From: an uncultured Smithella sp.
Lineage (GTDB): Bacteria > Desulfobacterota > Syntrophia > Syntrophales > Smithellaceae
DNA length: 64,000 bases
NCBI GenBank assembly: GCA_964469905.1
Contig: CAYXZW010000006.1
Coordinates: forward strand, 23,107-87,106
Reading direction: 5' to 3'
Notes under the pieces: generated by a model
The model's database searches: none
What the model saw: the letters and a program-made list of their open reading frames with translations, nothing else
What the model was told of the DNA's origin: nothing
Shown here: piece by piece, positions 18,520 through 27,295 of the stretch
Position numbering within the stretch: position 1 is the stretch's first letter
Layout of the letters: the number at the start of each line of letters is the position of its first letter
Made by a program: the position numbers and the translations under genes

Positions 18520-19875
18520 TTACTGGAACAATCTCAGAACCGACTGGGCTGCCTGTGCCGAGAGACTCAGAGCAGTGGTGGCCAGTGACTGACGGGTCTG
18601 CAACATCAGCATGTTGGCTCCTTCCTCATTGGTATCGGCCAGTGTCAGTTTATCCGAACCTGCATTCAGTGTGTTAATCATGTTCGTCGAAAATTGCTGT
18701 CGAACAGTAACAATACTCAGGTTGTTGGATAGTTTGGACGACTCCGTCCGTAAAGCGGTTGCCGCAGTATCCAGCTTGGTTACATCAGCATCAATATCGC
18801 CGCCGATGACCCAAGTTGCGGCAGTAATGCCCCGCCCTGTTGTTGATGCATCAAAGCCCGCAACGGTCAGATTAGTGCCTTCGAATTTAACTATCAGATT
18901 ATCGTTATTCAGAAGGTTCTTGCCTTTGTACCCGGAATCTAACGCCAACCTATCCATCTGATAACGCAAGGAGTTAAACTGCGATTCCAGTGATACTTTT
19001 TCACGGGACGCAACGGTTATAGTTACCGTTGTGCCGGCAAAGGCTGTACTACCAATATTGGCAGTTGTTATACTTGCTTGCAGCAGAGTAGCAATTGCCG
19101 TGTTTCCACCGGAATTAACAGTGGTGGTGCTATACCCGGTACTGACGCCTGCCGTATAAGTAAATACTGTCGAGTCCAGGCCCACTGTGAATTGCCTTAC
19201 TTCCGCAGCACCAACGGTCAAACCTGTGCCCACATTCGTCGACACATTGGTGATAGCTATGGTAACAGCATCGAATGCGATTGAATTACTATCACTCCGC
19301 GCAATCGTTATTGTGGAGGCGCCTGTTGCAGTATAGGTTCCTTCGGTCAAAGCAGCAATCAATGCTTGAAGACCAGCTATATCTTGAAATTTCCCACCCC
19401 CAATACTATAAGTGCCGCCGGATGAAAAAGCAAAAACATGTGTATTCCCACTTGCTGTAATTGTTACTTTATCACCGGCAGTCAGAGTAGCGACAGTGCC
19501 TATCGAAAGACTCAGTGTCTGATAAGTGGAAATACTTCCTACATTTTCCGTTTCAGTCGTGCTGCTTGTAGCCAGGGCTGATTGCGCGATACCTTTGGCC
19601 TGCTCAATCATTGTACTGAGTGCTGTAATGCCCTTGTCGGCGGCGGTAATAGTCTGAACGGCCTGACCCATCGCATCCTTCAAACCGTCGATTGTTGCTG
19701 CGCGCGCGTTCAATGACGCGGCTGCAAAATACGATACCGGGTTGTCAATTGCTGTGTTGACTTTTTTGCCTGTAGAAAGGCGGTTTTGTGTGCGGTCTAA
19801 AAGTTCTACTGTGCTTTGCAGAGATAAAAGGTTGTTTCTCATTCCTGAGGTTAAGCTGATATCATTAATAGCCAT
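18520..19875 (-). CDS. fliC: flagellin
   Basis: Conserved N-terminus (LTSGMRNNLLSLQ...RLSTGKKVNTAIDNPVSY) and C-terminus (LQTRQSLATTALSLSAQAAQSVLRLFQ). Thr/Ser/Gly/Ala-rich central domain. AAAGGAG SD. Confidence 0.95.
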   Translation of the reverse strand: MAINDISLTSGMRNNLLSLQSTVELLDRTQNRLSTGKKVNTAIDNPVSYFAAASLNARAATIDGLKDAMGQAVQTITAADKGITALSTMIEQAKGIAQSALATSSTTETENVGSISTYQTLSLSIGTVATLTAGDKVTITASGNTHVFAFSSGGTYSIGGGKFQDIAGLQALIAALTEGTYTATGASTITIARSDSNSIAFDAVTIAITNVSTNVGTGLTVGAAEVRQFTVGLDSTVFTYTAGVSTGYSTTTVNSGGNTAIATLLQASITTANIGSTAFAGTTVTITVASREKVSLESQFNSLRYQMDRLALDSGYKGKNLLNNDNLIVKFEGTNLTVAGFDASTTGRGITAATWVIGGDIDADVTKLDTAATALRTESSKLSNNLSIVTVRQQFSTNMINTLNAGSDKLTLADTNEEGANMLMLQTRQSLATTALSLSAQAAQSVLRLFQ

Positions 19876-20021
19876 GATTTTTCTCCTTTTCTAGGTTGCT
19901 TTCTGACAATTCTTGTCAGAGTTTTTTTGTTTTGCCTGATACATCTAATCTAAATGCTTTTGTCCGATTTTACTTGAGATTATCCCCCTTTCCGAAATAT
20001 TTTAAAATTCCTTATGCTACA

Positions 20022-20048
20022 TTATCGGAAAATAGCCAGAATACTTTA
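20022..20048 (-). promoter_or_regulatory. sigma-28 (FliA) promoter of flagellin
   Basis: The minus strand reads TAAAGTAT-N11-TCCGATAA, against the consensus TAAAGTTT-N11-GCCGATAA. It leaves a leader of roughly 140 nt. Confidence 0.75.
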
Positions 20049-20085
20049 GTTGCGAGGGGCTTTTTTTGAAAATAAATAGAGGAAG

Positions 20086-20114
20086 AGACTGAAGGCTGAA
20101 GGCTGAGGGCTGAA
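20086..20114. repeat. tandem heptamer repeat (GAAGGCT GAAGGCT GAGGGCT)
   Basis: Read directly from the sequence. A 17-nt identity, AGACTGAAGGCTGAAGG, matches the reverse complement of 47592-47608. Confidence 0.8.
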
Positions 20115-20264
20115 TGATAATTTACTAGACCGTCATGATTCATAACTCTTTCTTCTTGAGCCGCGACTTCCATGTTTTTGGTTCTCTGCTTAAATGCACC
20201 ACTGAAAAGATGAGACGGCTTCCGTAAATTCACCTTTGGCAGGTGGAAGAAAAATAATTTCCAT
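20115..20264 (-). pseudogene. decayed RelE/ParE-family toxin remnant
   Basis: An ATG 2 nt after the antitoxin stop opens MEIIFLPPAKGEFTEAVSSFQWCI*, a typical ParE/RelE N-terminus, and stops at 20190. A toxin-like continuation (..EVAAQEERVMNH..) sits in another frame and runs into the heptamer repeat. Confidence 0.55.
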
Positions 20265-20266
20265 CA

Positions 20267-20494
20267 CTATCTGGCTTTCTCGATCTCGGCGAATATATCT
20301 TTTGCCGGTATTGCGGTCATTTCACCTCGCTCAAACGCATCTATTCGGTCCTCTGCCTCTTGAGCCCATAATGTATTGATATTATTTTTGGCCTGAAACT
20401 CAAAACTGGATAAAATATTTTCGACCAATTCTGCCCGCGCCACTGGAGGCAACTCCAAAGCCTCAGCGAGTATGTGTTCTGCATGTTTTGGCAT
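20267..20494 (-). CDS. addiction-module antitoxin (Unstab_antitox / TIGR02574-like)
   Basis: LPPVARAELVENILSS...WAQEAEDRIDAFERGEMTAIPAKDIFAEI is the characteristic pattern of this antitoxin family. Confidence 0.75.
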   Translation of the reverse strand: MPKHAEHILAEALELPPVARAELVENILSSFEFQAKNNINTLWAQEAEDRIDAFERGEMTAIPAKDIFAEIEKAR

Positions 20495-20681
20495 ATGTTA
20501 CTCCCTCCTTTTATGATTTGATGTTGATCAAATTTTGTTAAATATATTATTTTTATGATAAAAATAAAGAAATGATTTAGGAATATTGTGCATAGTTGCT
20601 CTGACCGCAACAGAAAGACTGAAAGCGGAAGGATTTGTCCTTTTAGCCATTAGTCTTTATTTTTCCCTTTCCACTTTTTCC

Positions 20682-20709
20682 TCAAGTTTTATCCGACCAA
20701 TACCGATAT
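20682..20709 (+). promoter_or_regulatory. candidate sigma-28-type promoter upstream of the TPR/Ig-like gene
   Basis: TCAAGTTT then ACCGATAT, with the spacer one nt longer than at fliC and flgM. About 45 nt upstream of ATG 20753. Confidence 0.4.
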
Positions 20710-20752
20710 CTTAAATAATTCATATCAAACGGGATTATTTAGGAGTTCATCT

Positions 20753-21955
20753 ATGTTGGGCGTTCCCGATTCAACATACATAGATTTTTTATTTACCGCT
20801 TCCGGTTCAACTCATTCGCAGGCAAAGCTGGATTCTTTAGCTAATAATGCTCTGTCGCGGGGAATTGATTTTTTCCAGAACGGCAATTATGATCAGGCTA
20901 TTGTGGAATTCAAAGCGTCGGCCGGTTTTGCGCCCTTTAGCGATAATTCCGCTCAAGCCTATAATTTCATGGCTCAATCCTATCTGAATCTGGAAAAAAC
21001 AGATCAGGCAATTGCAACTTATAAACAGGCTATTCTGATCTATCCGGTGCGCGATGATTTCCATCTGGCCCTGGGTGATATTTACACGCAGGAAGGTAAT
21101 GCGTCAGAAGCCCTGAAAGAATATGAGGCGGCCGTGAGATTTAATCCTGATTCAGCCGATAACAGATATTCTCTGGGGCAGAGTTATCTGGGCGAAGGTC
21201 AGCTTGATGACGCCCGGAAACAGTTTCAAGCTGTCACCAAACTGTTACCCAACAGCGCCTCTGGTTACTATGGTTTAGGACAGGTGGCGCGGGCATCAGG
21301 AGATTATCCCGATGCGATTGACCAATTAAACAAAGCCATCAGCGTGGATAGGCAATTTGTAAATTCTCACCTGGAACTGGGATATGCCTATGCTGATATG
21401 GATAATGTTCAAAAGGCGAATGAACAATTACTCATTCTGCAGGCCAAAGAATCTTCGTTTGCCACAACTCTGCAAAATTATATTTCGCAAGCATCGCAGC
21501 CAAGAATATTTGCTGCTCTCGGTTCTAATGGCTTCAATAGCTATTTAGGGCCGAAAACTAATGTTGCTGCAATGGATGCAGACCTGACCGAACCCAACAG
21601 CATAAAACTTTATTCCATGAATTTTGCTTTCACCAAAGACATGGATATTTCATCCGTGCAAAACCGTTATAACTGGAGTATCAGCAGGGCATCCATCACA
21701 CAAAACGGCGGGGTTTACAATGGGGGTTTTGCTGTGCCGACAACAGAGGCAATCATTCTTCCCATCCCGGAAAACATTACTTATGATACTGATGAGAACA
21801 GAGCCATTGTCCGATTTCGGCTTTCTCAAAATGCCGCCGGCAACGCCACCCTGGACCCGGCACACATCGTTTTCAAATTCTACGGCGAGGATGCCTATGG
21901 AAAGGCCATGGATAAATCCGCGGATCAATACAGCGGCTTTTCCGGTATAGCATAG
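20753..21955 (+). CDS. TPR-repeat protein with C-terminal Ig-like (SbsA/Big-like) domain, no signal peptide seen
   Basis: About six TPR-like repeats, e.g. YDQAIVEFKAS, ALKEYEAAVRFNPDSADNRYSLGQSY, AIDQLNKAISVD. C-terminal IKLYSMNFAFTKDMDISSVQNRYNWSI resembles Ig-like surface-layer-type domains. AGGAG SD. Confidence 0.7.
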   Translation: MLGVPDSTYIDFLFTASGSTHSQAKLDSLANNALSRGIDFFQNGNYDQAIVEFKASAGFAPFSDNSAQAYNFMAQSYLNLEKTDQAIATYKQAILIYPVRDDFHLALGDIYTQEGNASEALKEYEAAVRFNPDSADNRYSLGQSYLGEGQLDDARKQFQAVTKLLPNSASGYYGLGQVARASGDYPDAIDQLNKAISVDRQFVNSHLELGYAYADMDNVQKANEQLLILQAKESSFATTLQNYISQASQPRIFAALGSNGFNSYLGPKTNVAAMDADLTEPNSIKLYSMNFAFTKDMDISSVQNRYNWSISRASITQNGGVYNGGFAVPTTEAIILPIPENITYDTDENRAIVRFRLSQNAAGNATLDPAHIVFKFYGEDAYGKAMDKSADQYSGFSGIA

Positions 21956-21983
21956 CTGTAAAGTTCAACTTCAATTTTAGTTG

Positions 21984-22193
21984 CTATTTTTCTTCCGTCT
22001 TTTTTTGACTACCGTCATTCGATTTCTGTTCTTTTTCCGGGTCGCTTTGGTCGATATCTGTCCTGTGGATGGCAATATGGCGGGGAGCTTCAATGCCGAT
22101 GCGAATATTTTTTCCTTTACTATCCAGAATGGTTATTTTTATGTCGTCGCCAATTGTTATGGATTCGCCAAACTTCCGTGTCAGGACAAGCAT
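21984..22193 (-). CDS. csrA: carbon storage regulator CsrA
   Basis: [44 protein letters not shown] is the canonical CsrA fold sequence. Lies immediately downstream of flgL. Confidence 0.9.
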   Translation of the reverse strand: MLVLTRKFGESITIGDDIKITILDSKGKNIRIGIEAPRHIAIHRTDIDQSDPEKEQKSNDGSQKKTEEK

Positions 22194-22220
22194 TTTACCT
22201 CCGGCAATCTTTTTTTATAA

Positions 22221-25019
22221 TTACAAGTAATCCATAATCGTCATTTTCCCAATGTCTGCCGCCATTCTGTAGGACGCCTGCAGCGCTGTCTGTTTCATTT
22301 GATAGGCAACAATTAACGCCGCTAAATCTGCCTTTTCGAGTTCAGTATCCAGATTTGTAACTTGTGCATTTAATGCTGTATTGCTCTCTTTTGCAACTGT
22401 TAAAGAATTTATTTTAGTACCTACACTCGCCAGATGGGTAACAACTTGCGTTTGCGCAACCTGCAATTCGTCAATTCGTCCACTAATCACATTGCCATCA
22501 TTATCCTCAACAGCTGTCTTTATTGCAGTCAAAGTGGCCAGGAGATCAACTGTCCCGGGACCGCGAACAGTAACGGAGCTCAATGACGGCTGTGTTGCCG
22601 GCGGACCTACCGTACTTCCGGTAATAGAAAATGATGCTGTGTTATTCGCACTCCATGTCTCGGTTCCGGACAAGGACAATTTTATGATATCCGTTCCCGT
22701 ACCATCCACATCAATATTTACTGCGGCATCGCTTACTGAAGCAATAACCATATTAGGATATTGAGTGTGGTTATTCAGAGTCCAACTACCGGCAGTGGCA
22801 CCGCGCGTCAGCACAATATTGTCATCTTTGGTAAGAGTGGTTCCGGTACCGGTGGTTAAGGAAGCGGTGGCAGTAGGGCCATTGGCTGCCGTAAATGCGG
22901 AAGAACCGGTAATGTTATATATAAAATTATTATTTTTACCTATCTGCAAGGTCAGGTTATCACCATCGCCCCGATAACTGCCCGCTGGATAAGCATTCAC
23001 CATAAACAAATCATTGGCGGCAAGATTAACGGTATTAGGCGTAAAGGTTGTTGTTATGCCTTCGCCCAGTGTAATCGTTTTGGTCGTAGTTGCGGTAACT
23101 GCCCCAAAATCAAGAGAACCGCCGGCAGGATTAGTGGTAGTAAGGGTCATTGCGATCTGGCTTTCGCCAGTCGTGTCATCCGTGACCGTTATTTTTCCGG
23201 TGGTGTCGATAGATGCAGTCACAGTGCCGCCGAAGGTTGTTTCAATTTGTGTTAGCAAATCCTGTACCGTACCTGTTGCCGCATTCGCTATTGTAAAAGT
23301 TGCCGGTCCGACGGCGGTGAGGCCGTCGCGCTGAAGCCCGGAAATGGCAACAGTGGTGCCATTTTGGACATTGGCTCCGGTTATTTCGTTCCAGGCGGTC
23401 GCTGACGTAATAGGTGCTCCGCCGGCTGTGTTAGCTACTGCCCCCTTGAGCTCTCGAGGCGGAAGAGTCTGCACCGCCCCCCAGGTTTTACCACCGTCCG
23501 AAGATATTTTATAAGTTGAGACAGCCAATGTGCCGCCGGTAATAATTTTTACGGCATACGTTTTGTTTTCTGTTCCGGTATAAGTGCCGCCGGATGCTAC
23601 TGTGCCGTTAAAAGCATTGGCCGTTGCCGCAGATGCAGTGCCAATTCCCGTAGCAATTGCCGTCACCGTAAATTTATCATCAGCCGCAAGATTGTTTGTG
23701 CCGGCAGTAAAGGTCAACTTTATCCCGTCGCCTAACGTTGTTTCTGTAGAAAGGCCTGTTTTTGTTGATCCCCAGGTCACGCCACCGTCTGAAGATATTT
23801 TATATGTTGCATCAGCCAATGTGCCGCCGGAAATGATTTTTAAAGCATAAGTTTTGTTTATCGTTCCGGTATAAGTACCACCGGCTAAAACCGTGCCGTC
23901 AAAAGTATTAACCGGTGTTGCGGTTGCACTGCCGGTAATGGCGGCACCGGCGTTCACCGTAAATGAATCACCGACGGCAAAAGTACCAGCTGTAAAAGTC
24001 ATGGTTGCACCGTTGGCCACATCACTACTGTCACGTAAAGTAATGGTTCCCCCTGGATCGATTGTATTGGTTGTGCCCCAACTTGCGCCGTTGTCGGTAG
24101 ATATATGATATGTTGCTACACCCAATGCTCCGCCAGCGACAATTCTCACAAGATAAGATTTGTCTGCTGTCCCGGTATAAGTACCGCCAGAAGTAGCGGT
24201 ACCGGCGTAGGTATTACCAGGTGCCGCTGTTGCGGTTCCAATTGTGGAAGCCGTTCCATTCACGGTATATTTATCGCCTGCAGCAAGAGTATGAGCGCCA
24301 GCGGCGGGAGTAAAGATCATGGTTATCCCGTCACCTAAAGTCATCGGCGCGGAAAGGCCTGTTTGCGTCGCACCCCAGGTCGCACCGCCGTCGGAAGAAA
24401 TCTTATATGTTGCATCTGACAGATCGAGTGCCGTTCCGCCATCAATAATTTTCACCGCATAATTTTTATTTACAATTCCCGTATAAGTGCCACCGGATGT
24501 AACCGTGCCGTTAAAAGAGTTCACCGGTGCTGCGGTTGCAGTGCCTATGCTGCTCAACTGATTTGTGGAGAAAGGCGCAACAGCCGTTTTTGATCCGCTA
24601 AACAGATAACTGTCGCCACACTTGGCATTCAGCAAGGACATGGCTTGATCAATCAAGCTGGAAAGGAATGTCACGGAAGAGTCTCTGGTATCGGACGTAT
24701 CCGAATTCTGTCCAGCCAGTAACTCGGTAGTAGCAACATTAATTGCTTTGGAGATAATATCTTTAATGCCGGTAAGATTTGTATTAGTTAAAGACAACCA
24801 GGTATTGGCGTCAGTAATGTTTTGTTGATGCTGTGAAATTGATGATATGATCGAACGATAATTTAATGCCTTGCCGGTGCCAACCGGATCATCCGACGGC
24901 CTGTTGATATTTTTCTGGGTGGTGAGCTTCTCCATCAACTCAGCGGATTGGCTCTGAACAGTATATAAACTGCTGGTCATCGCATTAAATTTCATATTTT
25001 CTGTAACTCTGTTAATCAT
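22221..25019 (-). CDS. flgL: hook-filament junction protein FlgL (HAP3), unusually large at 932 aa
   Basis: N-terminus MINRVTENMKF...NINRPSDDPVG, C-terminal helical region ending IGKMTIMDYL, and position after flgK. Confidence 0.85.
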   Translation of the reverse strand: MINRVTENMKFNAMTSSLYTVQSQSAELMEKLTTQKNINRPSDDPVGTGKALNYRSIISSISQHQQNITDANTWLSLTNTNLTGIKDIISKAINVATTELLAGQNSDTSDTRDSSVTFLSSLIDQAMSLLNAKCGDSYLFSGSKTAVAPFSTNQLSSIGTATAAPVNSFNGTVTSGGTYTGIVNKNYAVKIIDGGTALDLSDATYKISSDGGATWGATQTGLSAPMTLGDGITMIFTPAAGAHTLAAGDKYTVNGTASTIGTATAAPGNTYAGTATSGGTYTGTADKSYLVRIVAGGALGVATYHISTDNGASWGTTNTIDPGGTITLRDSSDVANGATMTFTAGTFAVGDSFTVNAGAAITGSATATPVNTFDGTVLAGGTYTGTINKTYALKIISGGTLADATYKISSDGGVTWGSTKTGLSTETTLGDGIKLTFTAGTNNLAADDKFTVTAIATGIGTASAATANAFNGTVASGGTYTGTENKTYAVKIITGGTLAVSTYKISSDGGKTWGAVQTLPPRELKGAVANTAGGAPITSATAWNEITGANVQNGTTVAISGLQRDGLTAVGPATFTIANAATGTVQDLLTQIETTFGGTVTASIDTTGKITVTDDTTGESQIAMTLTTTNPAGGSLDFGAVTATTTKTITLGEGITTTFTPNTVNLAANDLFMVNAYPAGSYRGDGDNLTLQIGKNNNFIYNITGSSAFTAANGPTATASLTTGTGTTLTKDDNIVLTRGATAGSWTLNNHTQYPNMVIASVSDAAVNIDVDGTGTDIIKLSLSGTETWSANNTASFSITGSTVGPPATQPSLSSVTVRGPGTVDLLATLTAIKTAVEDNDGNVISGRIDELQVAQTQVVTHLASVGTKINSLTVAKESNTALNAQVTNLDTELEKADLAALIVAYQMKQTALQASYRMAADIGKMTIMDYL
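22617..22817 (-). other. shared axial-protein insertion module, FlgL copy
   Basis: IVLTRGATAGSWTLNNHTQYPNMVIASVSDAAVNIDVDGTGTDIIKLSLSGTETWSANNTASFSITG. Confidence 0.7.
22983..24550 (-). repeat. four tandem ~95-105-aa protein repeats in FlgL, each with an Asp-box; the fourth is split by an insertion carrying a Flagellin_IN-like motif
   Basis: Repeat heads: IGTATAAPVNSFNGTVTSGGTYTG, IGTATAAPGNTYAGTATSGGTYTG, GSATATPVNTFDGTVLAGGTYTG, IGTASAATANAFNGTVASGGTYTG. Asp-boxes: SSDGGATWG, STDNGASWG, SSDGGVTWG, SSDGGKTWG. The insertion contains TGTVQDLLTQIETTFGGTVTASIDTTGKITV. Confidence 0.8.
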
Positions 25020-25038
25020 AAATGTTTGCCCTCTTTTC

Positions 25039-26745
25039 CTATCTTCCCAAGGTAATCAAAACATCCATCATATCCGATACTACTTTTGTTAGTCTGCCGG
25101 CGGCATTGTAAGCCATTTGATATTTAATCAAATTAAGCATCTCTTCATCCAGCGAAACTCCGGAAAGCGCTTCTCTTTGGTCGCTACGCTGATTAGCTAC
25201 TGCTTGTTCACGAGCCAGCTCCGTGGCCGATCTGAAGACATCCTGACCTACTCCAGCTATAAATGCATTGAAATAACCTTCTATATTCGTCGTGCTGTCT
25301 CTTTTGCTGAGAGAAAAAGCAAGCGTATCACCACTGGCCCAGGAGCCGGACAAACTTAATGTTATATCGGCGGTCCCATTCCCGTTCAGATCGAGAGTGA
25401 GGCTGTTATCGTCGGCAGATAGAACTTGAATTGCTGTGAATCCGCCATTATTTGCTATGGTCCAGTCCCCGCGAGCGGAAGTCGCACCACGTGTCAGCTC
25501 TATGGCTGAGGTTGTATTTTTATAGGCCTGCCCAATATTATTAATAAGACCTGCGGCGGATCCAGTGCCGGTAGTTATGGATATTTGCCCCAAAGAGGCA
25601 TACATTTTATCTTCGCTGATCACAGCCATGGCCGTGGCATTATCACCATCGGAGTTGACCGTGGAAGAAGCAGCAATTTTCCTGACATCGGCAATAATCG
25701 CCGCACTGACCTGGATATTCTTTGCTTCCGTCATATTGATTGTTGGATTAGTAGTTGCAGTAAAAAAAGCACCGCCGATATTGCCGTCCTGATCATAACC
25801 GGCCATATGTTGAGTGTTTACTTTATTTATAATACTGGCGGTTGTCTGATTTAACTTATCAATATAAGAGTCCAGAACAACATCTCTAACATTCAATAAT
25901 CCACCCAGTTCGCCACCTGTAATATCATTATTCAGCGAACTGTTAAGATCATCAGTAAAAACAATATCGTTTAAATTGGCGTTGGCAGAATTGCTCTGTA
26001 CTGTTAATTGCCATTTATTAGTTCCTTCAACAAGAGTCTTGCCGCTTGCCGGCAGATAAATATATAATGAACCGTCACTGCGCTCCATGTAACTAATATC
26101 AATTATTGAACTAATTTTGCTAAGCAGCGTCGTGCGATTGTCTCTGAGGGACGATGCCTGGGCGCCAGCACCTTCTATACGGGCAATTTCCCCATTGAGA
26201 ACGGACATTTCATTAAAATACCCGTTCAGTTTATCGACATCATCGGCTATCGTTTGATCAATGCTGCTCTGCACACTATATAGCTCTGCCGATCTGGAAT
26301 TAAGAATATCGGTCAGATTTTTAGCTGCCGTTACCAGGACATCTCTCTCTGTTTTACCTGACGGGTTGACGGAAAGATTTCCCCAGGCGCTCCAGAACTT
26401 ACTCAGAGCATCATTGATACCGTTTCCCGCACTTTCATTCACGATACCTTCAATTTGAGTCAACAAGCTCTTCCGGGCCGTGGCGCTGCCCACGGCTGAA
26501 TCCTGAGCAACTATTTGAGAACCAAGAAATTTATCATAAACTCTCTGAATATCGGCAATTTTCACCCCAATCTGTTCCTGATTTGATGAAGCCTCTCTTG
26601 TTCCCACAGATTCAAATAGCGGACGAAGACGTGTATAACCTGGGGTGCTGATATTGGAAATATTCGATCCGGTAACATTAATCGCCGTCAAATTACTGAT
26701 AATAGCATCTTTCGCTGTATATAAAATTCTGCCAATGTCAGACAT
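25039..26745 (-). CDS. flgK: hook-associated protein FlgK (HAP1)
   Basis: N-terminus NVTGSNISNISTPGYTR. C-terminus LDEEMLNLIKYQMAYNAAGRL. Confidence 0.9.
   Translation of the reverse strand: MSDIGRILYTAKDAIISNLTAINVTGSNISNISTPGYTRLRPLFESVGTREASSNQEQIGVKIADIQRVYDKFLGSQIVAQDSAVGSATARKSLLTQIEGIVNESAGNGINDALSKFWSAWGNLSVNPSGKTERDVLVTAAKNLTDILNSRSAELYSVQSSIDQTIADDVDKLNGYFNEMSVLNGEIARIEGAGAQASSLRDNRTTLLSKISSIIDISYMERSDGSLYIYLPASGKTLVEGTNKWQLTVQSNSANANLNDIVFTDDLNSSLNNDITGGELGGLLNVRDVVLDSYIDKLNQTTASIINKVNTQHMAGYDQDGNIGGAFFTATTNPTINMTEAKNIQVSAAIIADVRKIAASSTVNSDGDNATAMAVISEDKMYASLGQISITTGTGSAAGLINNIGQAYKNTTSAIELTRGATSARGDWTIANNGGFTAIQVLSADDNSLTLDLNGNGTADITLSLSGSWASGDTLAFSLSKRDSTTNIEGYFNAFIAGVGQDVFRSATELAREQAVANQRSDQREALSGVSLDEEMLNLIKYQMAYNAAGRLTKVVSDMMDVLITLGR
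25306..25503 (-). other. shared axial-protein insertion module, FlgK copy
   Basis: IELTRGATSARGDWTIANNGGFTAIQVLSADDNSLTLDLNGNGTADITLSLSGSWASGDTLAFSLS. Confidence 0.7.
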
Positions 26746-26746
26746 A

Positions 26747-27295
26747 TTATCCTTCCTTATGCAAATACATACCGTTGTTGTGGGCGGGTTTTAATTTTCC
26801 GCATCCCATATAAACGGATTCCGAAGACATAATGGAGCTTATAAAATCCAGCGAGCTTTTAATATTGCCCATGGATGCATCCAGCAAATCCTTGTTTGTT
26901 TGATTTAAGGCATTTATTTCCCGCGCAATTAATGCCAAATCATCTCGGAGCAGCTCAATTTCCTTCCTTTGTTCAAGGCCGGCATGACTGGTTATTTGAC
27001 TGAGCTTGACAACATTTGTACTTATATCGAGACTCCGGGCAATCCTCTTCAAGATGTTTGCTCTTGCTTCCTCCAGCATCCGCGCCTTGAGAATTATATT
27101 TTCCTTCAGCGCATTATTATGGCCCAGTTCGTCAAGATTTGGCTTTATCAGTAACCTTTTTTCGTTAATCAGGCAATTCTTCAGGTCATTATAAATAAAT
27201 GATTCTTTCCTTAATATCTCAATGAGCGAAGTGAAAATACTCTCACAGGAGTTTTCTTCCCGGCAATTAGCTAAAATCATACCCTGTTCTAACAT
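26747..27295 (-). CDS. flgN: FlgN-like export chaperone
   Basis: Helical ~180-aa protein in the flgM-flgN-flgK position, with a FlgN-like heptad pattern. The start could be an internal Met. Confidence 0.55.
   Translation of the reverse strand: MLEQGMILANCREENSCESIFTSLIEILRKESFIYNDLKNCLINEKRLLIKPNLDELGHNNALKENIILKARMLEEARANILKRIARSLDISTNVVKLSQITSHAGLEQRKEIELLRDDLALIAREINALNQTNKDLLDASMGNIKSSLDFISSIMSSESVYMGCGKLKPAHNNGMYLHKEG

Noticed and set aside
20086-20114. Possible CRISPR or minisatellite
   Set aside because: There are only three 7-nt units with no spacers and no cas genes, so it is classed as a short tandem or dispersed repeat. No CRISPR array, transposase or integrase was seen anywhere in the window.
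20012-20233. 73-aa ORF upstream of flagellin
   Set aside because: It is a composite of the frameshifted toxin remnant, the heptamer repeat (translated as SLQPSVSS) and the flagellin sigma-28 promoter. It has no SD and does not look like a real protein.
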